Below the pieces are notes generated by a model. That model was not told the DNA's origin. It saw only the letters and a list, made by a program, of their open reading frames with translations, and searched no databases. Shown here piece by piece: positions 40,074-52,309 of a stretch of DNA of 64,000 nucleotides. A program made the position numbers and the translations under genes. Origin of the DNA: Octopus sinensis (Eukaryota); contig NC_043001.1 in the NCBI RefSeq assembly GCF_006345805.1, positions 39,618,001 through 39,682,000 of the forward strand, given 5' to 3'. Each line of letters starts with the position of its first letter. The stretch's first letter is position 1.

Positions 40074-40114
40074 TTCATCGATGACGGGTCAATACCCAGA
40101 AACTCGAGTCTGTG
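40074..40114 (+). ncRNA. Degenerate minimal hammerhead motif
   Basis: TCGATGA-CGGGT-caat-ACCCA-GAAAC-TCGA-GTC with palindromic helix III ACTCGAGT; core positions 3-4 are altered and helix I is weak. Confidence 0.4.
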
Positions 40115-40614
40115 TGTATCATAATTGGAAGACGGGAAGGATGGCTTCCCTTTGCAAACACTGATAGGCCACAGAAAGTGTGTCTAAAGCCAGCTGGAGG
40201 AGGTGTCCTCCTGGGGCTACAAACTACAGTAGCATCCCCCCTTAGGGGTTAGCCATATTTAAATGGCAAATATACATCACAATAAAACTGGTCACATGGA
40301 GAGAGAGGAGAAAGGTAGAGGCAGAGGGATAGAAGAATAATATATTTAATCTATGAACAACTATCCCCTTCGGACTAAACACAACCCCCTCCTCCTATTG
40401 ACTATCTCTACAACTTCCTGCAAGAAAGCAACCTTGTTTCATTTTTCATTTTTTAATTTTTAATTGCACCATTTTCTTTTGTATTAACTTCTTCTTTATC
40501 CCATTTCAACCTTATTTTTGTATAATTTATTATATTTCTATTTCTGTATACATGCACACATAGACACACACACACACACACACGAAAAAATGCACGCATC
40601 CATGCACACACATG

Positions 40615-41386
40615 TGTTTGTAATCCCCCCAAATTGACAGCATGACCTTTTTTGATACAATTCAGCTTCCAGTGTGATTTGTGCTGGTTCATTACCCTTG
40701 GACCATGATCGTATTTGATTGATGTTATTGTAGAGAATCCACTTTTCATCACCAGTGATGATTTGCTTCAAAAACAGGTCACATTTGAGATGCATATCAC
40801 AAACATTGATTCGTTGTTTTAAGTGAATCTCATTCTATTTTATGTGGAAACCAAATATCAAGCTTCTTAATGAGTCAAAAACATTTTAAGTGATTTTTCA
40901 ATTGTTGTGCATCATACATTTAACCTCTCTGCAATCTCTCACACAGTTATATGACAATCAGATTCAATTACTGCTTTGATTCGGTCATCATCAACTTCAG
41001 TAAGTCAGCCAGAACATTAGTCCTCTGTGAGGGAAAAGTCTCCAGAACAGAATTTTTAAACCATTTCTGACATGCATGTTCTATTAAGCAATCAACACTA
41101 TAAATTTCACATAACTCTTTGTGAGCCTCAGCATGTTTCTTGCCTTTACGGAAATAAAAAGGCAAAATATGGTGAAAATATTCATTTTTGCATTTCTTGT
41201 TAAAAGTGACTCTGAACTAACAGCTGTAAACAAAATTATGTGCAATTTGCTTCTAAAGTAAGCTAAAAGTAACAGCTAACAAGTGTCAAAAGGAAAAAAA
41301 AATCATAACATTGACAAAAGTCATTCAAAAAAATTGTAACTCTATCTTTCTGTGAAAAACAAAATTACCTTCTCTCCAACCCAATA
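40615..41386 (-). mobile_element. Mariner (Mos1/SETMAR-like) 5' half
   Basis: TIR-like TATTGGGTTGGAGAGAAGGTAATT at 41386; FYFRKGK...AHKELCEIY and FLKQIITGDEKWILY motifs. Confidence 0.85.
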
Positions 41387-41867
41387 TTATATTCAACAGA
41401 TTAATTTGAATGCTAACAGGTTAAATGTAATTCTGCTTGATCAGTAATGACCTTAAGATTGAACAACAGCAATTATGATAAAATTCTACTGTCTACCAAT
41501 AGATAGTTTGAAAATAAAAGTAGTGTTTATTATCAGAAACACTCTGTTACTTACCACAGACACATTGTATAATTAACAAGAATTTCAAGTGTAACAGATT
41601 GAATTCCATTACCTACAAAGAAAATTATAAATACTGATAGGAACAATTACTACAAATAAGGAGCATGAAGTCCATGATGCAAAATAATACAGAGTAAAAA
41701 ATAATTTAACATTTATCATAGGAACTTGTCTTTGCAAAAAAAAAAAGAACCCATGAACCATAAGTATCATCATGGTGGGATTATGAAGAGCAAGTATATA
41801 AGATAGAGCAGTTTAGAGGAGGGATAATAAAATACTAGATACAGGAAATCAGGAAAATCACCACCAC

Positions 41868-43165
41868 CACCATCATCATCATTATTTATCATCTGGTTTC
41901 CATGCTGGTATGGGTTCGACAGCCTGACAGAAACTGACAAAACTAGGGTCCACACCAGGTTCCATAATCTATTTTGGCATATTTCCTATTGTTGGATGCC
42001 CTTCTTGATGCCAACCACTCTACAGAGTGTACTGGCAATATCATCAATGCTTTTTATGTGGCACCTTGGTTTTAGGATCTTAATTTTGTTGTAGTGGGTG
42101 GGTTTTCTTGAGTACAGGAATGTACCACATAACTTAATCCTCCATCATCTTCATAAGGTTCAGCATTTTGTGAATATTGCATGCCATGTCTTCCTGGGTC
42201 TCCCTCTCCCACATCTTTCCTCTTCTTTAAGTGATCAGCACTTCTTTATGCAATTGTCTTCATCCATCTGCATCATATTACCAAACCAGTGCACTCTCTT
42301 CTCTTACACACAGCATATAATTCCTCTTACACCCACCTTCTCTCTCAATACCTCAAAGATCTGTCACGCATGCATACTGACATTGAACATCCAGCAGAAT
42401 ATACCCACGTTGTTCCTCTCCAGCATTCACATATTCTCTGCATTCAATGGCCATGTCTCACTACCTTGTAGCATTGCTGTTCATATATATAATCTTCCCT
42501 TCCCTCAGAGAGAGAGGCCTTTGGTTCCCAACAGACATAAAAGCTCTCTGAACTTTCTCCATCCTATTCTTACACTAACAATAACACTTTCTGTACAACC
42601 TTCTCCACTGATAATTAAGTCACCTAGGTAGTAAAAATTATCTACAACTTCCAGACAACCATCAGGACATTTAAGGAAATCAGTTTCCATGTACATGTGG
42701 CCTTTATGGCTCCTGTAAATCTTCCACATAGAAACACTACTTTGTAAACCTTCCAACTATCCCACTGCACCTCTTGTGTGTCCATAGCTGACACTAGAAC
42801 ACCACATGAAATTTCTGCCTACACCCTTCCTACATATAGAGATGGGCCATTTATGAGAAGGGAGAAGGGTCCTTTTCAATTTCTTACTAAGACCTTGGTC
42901 TTAGTTAAGTTTACTTTAAGATGCTTTGATTCTAGGTTCTGTTTCCAAACTTGGAATTTCTTTTCTAATCTTGCTACAAATTTTACTATGAGGGAAATAT
43001 CATCAGCATATAGGAATTTCCATGGACTTCCAATGTTAAATTCCCATTACAGCCTGGAAGACTATGATAAATAGGAGGAGGTTGAGGACCAATCCTTTGT
43101 GGACAACTACCTGTACACTAAATTCATCATTGTACCTAGAGCCAACTTTTACTTTACTAGCAGCA
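41868..43165 (-). mobile_element. RTE LINE 3' part (RT end to tail)
   Basis: LEVVDNFYYLGD...RIGWRKFRELL; (CAT)n tail near 41870. Confidence 0.8.
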
Positions 43166-43167
43166 AC

Positions 43168-45128
43168 CCTAACCATATAGGAATCCCATGCTTCCGCCTT
43201 CCCCTACAATTCCTTTCCTGTCCTTAAAAGGTCAGACAGACGTTCGATTGCTAGGCTCATCTCATCCTCCTCTTTTTCTGGATCTGGCACTTCCTCTGTT
43301 TCTTCACTGGCAGACTTTGTTAAATCTTCGTCTGTCAGGGTTTAAGAGTAGGCATTGATGAGGTCGTTGGCCTCATCTTGTGTGATATCGTCAAAAACTT
43401 TACCACCAAGTACCTTTGCCAGTTTCACCAGATTGTTGATAGCCTCGTATTGAATATCTTCAGGTGAGAAGCCCTTGTATTCCTGGATACAATCTGGTCA
43501 TATTTTACATATCTTTAAGAGCAGCGTGGATGACTGACAAGCACCTTGCGATCGTGAAGTTACACCAGTACTCCTTTATCTTGAAATTCTTGTCCGAAAC
43601 CTTGCATCCACAAGGTATTGGAGAAGGTTCCGAGTAGGATCATGCCTTGATCAATAGGCTGGAAGAGGGAGGTGGCGTTGGCAGGAGGAACTCGACTTAG
43701 ACTCCCTCATGATTCAAATCCAAAGAGTGATTACCAGCATTATCCATAACAAGCAACACGTTGAATTCCATGCAAATATTTTGGAGGTATTCCTTGGCTT
43801 GAATGATGAAGCATTGATGGAACCAATTCAGAGTTAGACTTTTGGTAATCCAGGCCTTGGGACTGTGCATTCAGTGGACATGCAGCAGTTTTTAATCTTA
43901 TTTTTGAAAGTCCTCGGGTTCACAGACTTGTAAATAAGTCCTAGTTTCATCATGAAGCCAGCAGCATTCTCATACAGAATTAGCATCACTCTGTCCTTCT
44001 GTGCCTTAAATCCAGGGGCTCTGGCTTCCTCCTTCATGATGTACGTTCTGGAAGGCATCTTCTTCCTGAACAAGCCAGTCTCTTCCATGTTGAAAGCTTG
44101 TATCACTTGTCCTCGATGTTCTCCCTGAAGGTCTCGAGGTACTTCTCGGCAGCTTCTTTGTCAGCTGATGCTGTCTCTCCATGCAGGGAAACTCACTTTA
44201 TTTTAAACCGTTTCTGGAAACAGTCAAACCATCTCTTGCTGGTTTGAATATCTTCAGGATCCGGTTCTTCAGTGCCTTCTGCTCCGTCTCTTCTGCTGGT
44301 ATAATTTCCGCGCTTTCTCGCGGATGATGTCACCATTCAAGGGGATGCTTTTCTTCTTGCAGTCACTGATCTTTAATGCCAAGGCAGATTCCATCCTGAC
44401 TAAGTGCTTATTTCTCACTATCGTTATCGTTTTGGCACGTTCACAGAAACTTACTGCTATGGTAGTCCTGATCGCCACCTCATTCTTCTTTATGTGGCGT
44501 ATGGTGCTTTCGTTGACAACAGAATAGTGACGTACGGCAGCATAACTTTTACTTTCCAAGAACATATCCAGCAGTTGTGCCTTTTCATGAGTGTCATAAC
44601 CCTTTTCTGGTGCTTAGGTTCACTGCCAGAAGCCTTAGAATGTGTAGGTCGTTAGGGCGGCATCTTAGGGCTTTAGTAACACGCTGCGGAAAACACAGTT
44701 CACAACAAAATACTGGAGATAGTTACTGGACGCAGCCCCCCCCCCCCACCACCACCACCATCACTACCAAAAAAAAAAAGAAACCTACAAAACATCTTCA
44801 TTGCATCTAATATGAGCAGAGATTAAAAATAATCGTGGTTTTGGAAAATTTACTTTGTATTACCATTAAATACAGTAATTTATGTTTTATGAGAGAGAGA
44901 GAGAGAGAGAGACCAGCAAGCAACCTAATTTCAATGAGGCTATACTGGCTTACGCCCTTAAAAATTATTCTATTGAAATAAACAATGAGTATGATCAAGT
45001 GTAGCGATGATTTTTTTCAAAAGTGCTGGTATAAAATTAACGTTCAATCTTGTATTGTATATCTCTTTGATCTCCCATCGCTAGACCAAGGTGCGATACA
45101 CTCTCTCTCTCTCTCTGTGCGTGTGTGT

Positions 45129-45161
<33 letters not shown>

Positions 45162-45547
45162 CTTTCACTACAATAAGAAGTTGGTGTTGTTGAGAGACTA
45201 ATTCAGCGTGAGAGGAAGAGAAAGTGTGTATGTGTGAAACATAGATAGATGTCGCTATACTAATTAGCAAGCTTTGATTGAAAGCAGGAATAAGAGATAC
45301 AAGATACAGTGTACTTGTATCTAAAAAAAATCAAGCAACGTGGTGCGCAGCTATTCTAATCAAAAGGACCTTCAGCTGCGAAGGGGCATCTAGTAAACCG
45401 GCAAATACAGTATATTACTATTGATAATTAATCCATAAAAAGTGTGGAAAAGTACATATTGCCATAAAAAAAAGTCATAAGCAATCGCGGACGATATTTA
45501 CGATTCCGCGAATATGTGGTGGTTTCCGTGAATGAGCGGGGGTACAC

Positions 45548-45549
<2 letters not shown>
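43168..45549 (-). mobile_element. Tigger/pogo element: 5' end plus decayed transposase (ATG at 44663), 3' end missing
   Basis: MPP*RP...EPKHQKRVMTL, NESTIRHIKK, FNMEETGLF.KKMPSRTYI, GFKAQKDR and WDSYMVR motifs. CAGTGTACCC terminus at 45549; its link to the ORF is inferred. Confidence 0.82.
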
Positions 45550-45623
<74 letters not shown>

Positions 45624-45720
45624 ATCATCACCATCATTATCATCTTCTTCTTCTCCTTCTCCTTCTCCTTCTTCTTCTTCTTCTTCTTCTTCATCATCAT
45701 CATCATCATCATCAACATCG
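45550..45720. repeat. Compound microsatellite (GT)(AT)(CAT)(CTT)
   Basis: Seen directly. Confidence 0.95.
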
Positions 45721-45924
45721 TCATTTTCTTCTTCTTCTCCACCTTCTACCTCTTAACTTTATCACTAATGCTTTTTAGTATAACACCTACGCAAATTCCA
45801 TAAACAAACCTTTCAATAGAAATATTCTCCTGAATTGAACTGCAACTGCTAGCCGCCACTGACCATTCAAAATACGACCATCAAGGCACTCCCAAATTTT
45901 TCCACCCCCTCTCCTCATCAACCT

Positions 45925-46005
45925 TCTTCTTCTTCTTCTTCTTCTTCTTCTTCTTCTTCTTCTTCTTCTTCTTCTTCTTCTTCTTCTTCTTCTTCTTCTT
46001 CTTCT
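45925..46005. repeat. (CTT)n microsatellite
   Basis: Seen directly. Confidence 0.95.
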
Positions 46006-46154
46006 ACCCTACCAAGAATTCACAACGGCCTCGAACACACAAGTGCAAACAAGGGAGACAGAGAAAGGCAGAATGTCACTTATATTTGAATACTATACAA
46101 ATATTCCTTTAAAAATCTTTTCTTTTAATTTTTCTAACTTTAATTATTTAATCG

Positions 46155-46198
46155 TTACAGTTGAAAAGGTCTCAAAATGACCGAAACCGGTACTGAAA
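46155..46198 (+). ncRNA. Degenerate minimal hammerhead motif
   Basis: TTACAG-TTGAAAA-GGTC-tcaaaat-GACC-GAAAC-CG-GT-A-CTGAAA: all three helices fit, but the core has C3>T and G8>A. Confidence 0.5.
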
Positions 46199-46244
46199 TG
46201 TTCTTTATAAAATTATTTTAGCATTTTCTATTTTGACTTGTTTA

Positions 46245-46304
<60 letters not shown>

Positions 46305-46314
46305 TATACATACA

Positions 46315-46356
<42 letters not shown>

Positions 46357-46394
46357 TACACTATTTTATATTATACATACATAAATGTGCTTTT

Positions 46395-46540
46395 TTTCAA
46401 ATTCCGCCGAGGTCGATTTTGCCTTTCATCCTTTCGGGGTCGATAAATAAAGTTACACACTGGGGTCGATGTAATCTACTTAATCCCTTTGTCTGTCCTT
46501 GTTTGTCCCCTCTATGTTTAGCCCCTTGTGGGCAATAAAG
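46395..46540 (+). repeat. SINE family 2, 5'-truncated
   Basis: ttcaaattccgccgaggtcgattttgcctttcatcctttcggggtcgataaa. Confidence 0.8.
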
Positions 46541-47840
46541 AAATATATATAGATAGATATGTGTCATATATCTTACATACGATAATATGCAATGTGTCTT
46601 GCCAGTCACACTGGTAGATGACAGAAACAACGGACAGTGTGGGAGTGAGTGATATCAGAGGCTCTAAATGCAGGTAAACTGCAGTAAGAGACTTTACTCT
46701 AAGTTGCTTCTTTTGTAATGAAAATAAAACTGCAAATGTTTATAAGAAATTGTATTTAGTTTGAGTTTCACACATGCGTGCATGCGCGTGCACACACACA
46801 CACACGCACAGACACACACTCACACACACACACAAACACACGCACACACATACACACAAACACACATACACATAAATATGTACATAGGAAATAAAATATT
46901 GAACTCTTGTTTTCAAAATATTTCCTTTTCCAAGTAAAGAATAACGTATTTTACAGATTTCCTTGCATGCACACACATTCACACAAACATAAATATATAT
47001 ACATGTGTGTGTGTATGTGTGTGAATAAAATACAAAAATAGGACAAGAACTCAAAACATCCAGACAGGTGATACAAAAAAGGGACAGCAAAACATCCAGA
47101 CAGACGATACAAAGAAAACAAGGATGGGTCATTCGGAGTATTCTTTCCTCAGTTGAGTTCCAGATTATCTTTGCAATTTCGGCTGGTTAACTCGAGATTG
47201 CTCCAATCTGGCCAGCCCCAAGGAAAAACTAAGCTAAGAGCACTAGATTCCTTGGAAGAAAGCAGCGAATGTATACGGAAACAAGGACGGGAAAAAAAGG
47301 AGGAATGGTACACAAATACAAATCACAGGACATTAACAGGTGTCTTTCGACTAAGGACAAATTAAATTAAGCTGGCGTGTGTGTAAGTGAAGCCTTACGG
47401 CAGGGACATATGTTTTGACCGGCACTGGGAGGAATATAGATTCTGCACGGATGGTAATCGAACCAAGAAAGAAATGTCAGGCTTGGCCGAACACCGGTCA
47501 CATAGGGAGAAAAGAGAGATAGGTAGAGGCAGACGGATAGAAGAATTAAGGAGGAGCGAGAAAAAAGGAACAGAGTGAAGTGAAAAAGGAGGGAAGGTGA
47601 GCATGAAGAGAAGGCCAGGAAATGTGGGTAGGGGAAAGAACAAAGAGTGGAATGAACGAAGTATGAAGGGGCTGATAGAAAGAAGGAAATAATGAAAGAA
47701 TAGAAAGAATAATAGAGTTGTATAAAATTTAGATATATATATACTTACATATAAGAGACGAAAGTGACACATATCTATATATATAAAGCACATTTATGTA
47801 TGTATAATATAATATAGTATAATATAATATAATGTATATT

Positions 47841-47886
<46 letters not shown>

Positions 47887-47902
47887 TGTATATGTGTGTG
47901 TG

Positions 47903-47964
<62 letters not shown>

Positions 47965-48201
47965 CAATTTAGGATAAAATCTTTAAAAGAAATTATCAGT
48001 AGTCAGCGGGAAAAACCTCGTAAGAGAAAAAAATCCGTAAATTCTTCCTCTTTGAAAATATTCATTTATATTATAATGAGGGTACTACTATTAGTAGATA
48101 CCAACACGCTAAGAGGGACCAATGCGGTCAAAACTACTAAAAATAAACAAAATATTACCGAATGCAAAACTTCAAAACACATCATTTTAAAAAAAAATTC
48201 A

Positions 48202-48265
48202 GTTACATATCACATGTGATTTCGCATTTAATGCAGAATATGCATTTCATGTTCGTCAGTGCAAC
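48202..48265 (-). ncRNA. Type-I hammerhead motif, left palindrome arm
   Basis: Exact reverse complement of 48453-48516. Confidence 0.7.
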
Positions 48266-48452
48266 AAACTCAAGAGATATAAGAAAAACATAACATTACA
48301 AACTCGATAGCCAACCGTAGAATTCATCGTAGCATGTACGAATGTTTATCCTTACATATCTATGAGGATAAACATTCGTACATGCTACGATGAATTCTAC
48401 GGTTGGCTATCGAGTTTGTAATGTTATGTTTTTTCTTATATCTCTTGAGTTT

Positions 48453-48516
48453 GTTGCACTGACGAACATGAAATGCATATTCTGCATTAAATGCGAAATC
48501 ACATGTGATATGTAAC
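48453..48516 (+). ncRNA. Type-I hammerhead motif, right palindrome arm
   Basis: GTTGCA-CTGACGA-ACAT...ATGC-GAAA-TCACATGTGA-T-A-TGTAAC: 6-bp helix I, palindromic helix III ATCACATGTGAT, AUA site, and an A.C mismatch at 10.1-11.1. Confidence 0.7.
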
Positions 48517-48640
48517 TGAATTCTTTTTTAAAATGATGTGTTTTGAAGTTTTGCATTCGGTAATATTTTGTTTATTTTTAGTAGTTTTGACCGCATTGGT
48601 CCCTCTTAGCGTGTTGGTATCTACTAATAGTAGTACCCTC

Positions 48641-48685
<45 letters not shown>

Positions 48686-48687
<2 letters not shown>

Positions 48688-48893
48688 GTGTACCCTCACT
48701 TATTCGCGGAATCGTAAATATCATCCGCGATTGCTTATGACTTTTTTATGGCAATATGTACTTTTCCACACTTTTTAAGGATAAATTATCAATAATAATA
48801 TACTGTATTTGCCGGTTTACTAGATGCCCCTTCGTGGCTGAAGATCCCTTTGATTAGAATAGCTGCGCACAACGTTGCTTAATTTTTTTAGAT
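48686..48893 (+). mobile_element. Isolated Tigger-family terminus
   Basis: CAGTGTACCC...; inverted copy of 45319-45549. Confidence 0.8.
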
Positions 48894-49030
48894 CTAAGGA
48901 TACATCTAGGAAATTGACAACTGTCAGGTTGGTTGGTATCTGTAGTTATGCTACAGATACCAACCTGACGGTTGTCGATTTCCTAGATGTATTCTTAGAT
49001 CTAAATAAGAATATTTATAAACCTTATAGA
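48890..49030 (+). mobile_element. PLE RT fragment with an inverted 5' duplication
   Basis: TNLTVVDFLDVFLDLNKNIYKPYR matches the PLE RT motif seen near 12640; hairpin at 48890-49002. Confidence 0.75.
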
Positions 49031-49249
49031 ATATTTATACCCTTAATTATAATTTTAACAATGATTATTTCCTATGAGTTTTTTTATTCCCATGCTCGCC
49101 ACTTGATATGACCGGTATTTTAAAAAAAACATCTTATCCTTATATATATATATATCAAGATATAAGACTGATGAACCTTGTTGAAGTTTGGTCCTTGATT
49201 TTCTTGGTGAGAACTGAATTGTGTTCTCTTCAAATGCCATGAGAGCTCT

Positions 49250-50100
49250 GGTTGATTTCTAGCACTAAAAGCGCAAATCCCAAGGACATTTGGGAGATTA
49301 TGTTCTAACTGGTCGTCTGATCTTCAGCAAGGCAATTGATCAAAAAAGAAAAAGGGTGTTCGCATTAAGATTGCATGCCCCAACTATGGCTTTTCTCATG
49401 ATAGTTAACTGCTAATTTGATGAAAAGGCTTCAAATCATTGGGTTCTGGATGGTGTCACTAAACCACCAGAGAAGCATGGTCGACATCAAGACCCAGAAG
49501 CTGCTTTAAGAACTCTGTTTAACAACATTTTGCATGAAGTTATGTTTGATGAGACTACAAACCGCCAAAATAAATCTCAATTATCACACATTTTGTGATT
49601 TGTTGATGAGAAGGAAGAGCCTCAGGAAAGGTTTTTGGGATACATCAATGTCAGTAAAGACAGAAAAAATTAAAAACACAATTGTTCAAAATTTTTAAAT
49701 TAAGATTAGTTAGATTGCTGAATCTGAAGCTTTTTCACAGTTACTATAAACATTTTCGATAGAAGCATTTTCATCACTGAATATCTGTAAAAACATTAAA
49801 TTTAGATAGATCGAAATATGAGCTGGAACCAGTTTATGTTTCAGCTTTTGCAAAGGAAGAGTCAAACATTCAAGAAGTTGCAGGCATAATACAGAAGCTT
49901 GAACTAAATCAAGCTCTGGTTGGAGTAACAAAATTACGACACCTGATTCTGACCATACCTACTACACCTGCTTCCTGTGAGATATAGCTTCTTCATTAAA
50001 AAGAGTAAATAGTTAAATGAGATGTTCCCAAAGCGAAGAGAGATTAAGATGACGGTAGAGTGTGATGATACACCTTATACTAAACTGATCAATGAATTTG
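49250..50100 (+). mobile_element. Decayed, internally deleted hAT (ZMYM1-like) transposase
   Basis: MFDETTN...SQLSHIL*FV...ERFLGY and LILTIPTTPASCE motifs. Confidence 0.7.
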
Positions 50101-50759
50101 ACAAAAAGAAACAAAGAACGAAACTGATTTAAAATTAAATCTTAAATAGTCTGTTATTTGTAGGTTCTATTATTTTCTCAGATTTCTTTCATAACTACTA
50201 ATGGTCATTATGGTCAGCCCATCGACACACACATACACCATGTTATTTAAAATAATACAAGTTTACTATGGACGTATAAACTTCCAGTAACACATGCACA
50301 GTGACCACTTTTATACAGGGCACCAGATTTTTCACTATATAGTTCTAGAATGAAAAAGGCAGCTGCAGAATCCCAGAATATTCTTGAGTATTGAACCTGG
50401 AAAAGTACAGAATAAGCAGTAATTAAGCCTAGAAAGGTACAGGGCAAGAAGAAAAAGACTTAAAGTATTGCTGTTGAAGATAGAATTTAAAAACTGAATT
50501 TTTTTCTAAGACATGATACTTTACTTGAAATATAACTTGTATGTATATGATATGTATATAAATACAAACCCACATCAAAAATCCAAATCCAAATCTAGGA
50601 GAAAAGTGGAAGAAGAGGAACAAAGGCAGAAAAAGAAAGAAAAAACGAAATAAAAAGAAAGGAAAAAATAGTGATAAATTCCCATTTACTATTTTCATTT
50701 TTACTTAAAAGTTTAAATTAAATCATTCAAAAAGCTATTTATTTTCAATTTTAGTGAAA

Positions 50760-51017
50760 AGACTATATATCTGCCAGTTTACACTTTAAAACTTTGATAT
50801 TACAAATTTTTAAAAAGTCACATATATTCTGATCCCCTTCCCTTGTGAGTATGCCCAGCACTTTGCCACCATCTCTCTCCTGCTCTCTCTTGCACTCTTG
50901 CTGTCTCTCACTCTCTCTTTCTCTGTCTCTCTCTCCTTCCCTTGCTCTTCCCTTAGGCTGGGTAACCATATATCTCTTTTACAACAGCACACATGTTCCT
51001 GTCTTCACTCTTGATCA

Positions 51018-51055
<38 letters not shown>

Positions 51056-51483
51056 CTGGATAACCTTGTACCTCCTCTACAGTAAGACACCTGTTTCTTT
51101 CTCTCTGTCTCACCATACCCTTTCATCATCTGACACAAGATCACCTCCTCCAATGCGCCCTCCCCTCTCAAAGAACTTTGTCTTGCAAGGTACTCAGTGG
51201 CACTGCCAGTGCTGATGTCATGTAAAAAGCATCCAATCCACACTGTAAAGTGGTTGGCGTTTGGAAGAGCATCCAACTGTAAAAACCTTGCCAAAACTGA
51301 CCTTGCTTGTGTTTGTGCTATGTAAAAAGCATTCAGTTAAGAAGAGCATCCAGCCATAAATGCCCTACCAAAACAGACACAAAGTCAGGTACAGGCTCCT
51401 GCCTATCTGGCTCCTGTCAAACACTCCAACGTATGCCAGCATGGAAGGTGGACATTAAACGAAGATGATGATGGTGATGATGA
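50760..51483 (+). mobile_element. RTE 3'-region copy with (GAT)n tail
   Basis: Collinear with 24230-24848. Confidence 0.75.
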
Positions 51484-51736
51484 ATAGCAATTTAAGCAAA
51501 ATTGATAATTATAAACCCCTAATCTTTTTTTAAAGGAAACTAGTCAGTCTTTCTACGTTTTGCACTGAAATTTGTTCATTAGCTTTCATTTTTTAAATAT
51601 TTTTCTAACTGTAAATAGAAAATATTTTGCTTTCTGATAATGCAAACTTTAAAGAAATTGATTTTTTTGTTTCTTAAAATAAATTTTTTTATTATATTTT
51701 ATTCTTTTGAATTAGATATATTCTATATGAGTTTAA

Positions 51737-52309
51737 ATAATAAGGGTGAAAAATTGAATATTAATTTGATTAATATCAATTTAAAACAAGTTGCATAGCA
51801 TATTGAAAAATCTGAAGATTCAGAAAAATTATATTACATACATATAAGAGGGATGACCACTAAGTGGACATCCATTATGCTAGAAGTAGACACTAAGAAA
51901 AGATTGTTCTCAAGAAAATTCAGCATATGCCAGAATGTAATCAAGCAAGATAAATGAAAAGATACAAAATATAGAGATTAATCACAAACCGGTATTTTGG
52001 CGTGCCAAAACGAAGATTTTAAAAATATAACCCCAAATGCAATTGGTAGAAATATATGCATGTTCAATCTCATGCGGATGTCTTATGTATAATTCTGCAA
52101 ATTATATTTTGCTATGACTATCACACTGATGAATTGCGGACATTTACATAAGTAATTACATAAGTGGTAACAATGAAACCGGTTTTGTGATTAATCTTTA
52201 TATTTTTCGTTTGCTGAATTTTCTTGAGAACAATCTTTTCTTAGTGGTAAGACCATAGGGGATCTAGCATAAGGGATGTCCATTTAGTGGTCATCCCTCT
52301 TATATGTAA
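51737..52309 (+). mobile_element. Fold-back, hammerhead-containing non-autonomous element with a 17-bp flanking direct repeat
   Basis: Inverted arms span 51839-52308; ATTCTATATGAGTTTAA occurs at 51720-51736 and 52310-52326. Confidence 0.8.
52121..52190 (+). ncRNA. Type-I hammerhead motif with intact core
   Basis: TCACA-CTGATGA-ATTG...CAAT-GAAAC-CG-GT-T-(T)TGTGA: palindromic ACCGGT helix III, GUU site, and one extra T next to the cleavage site. Confidence 0.72.

Larger units (their letters stand above)
48067..48651. repeat. 585-bp near-perfect palindrome
   Basis: Arms 48067-48352 and 48365-48651; by eye only one mismatch and one 1-nt indel. The right arm ends in (TA)n. Confidence 0.97.
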
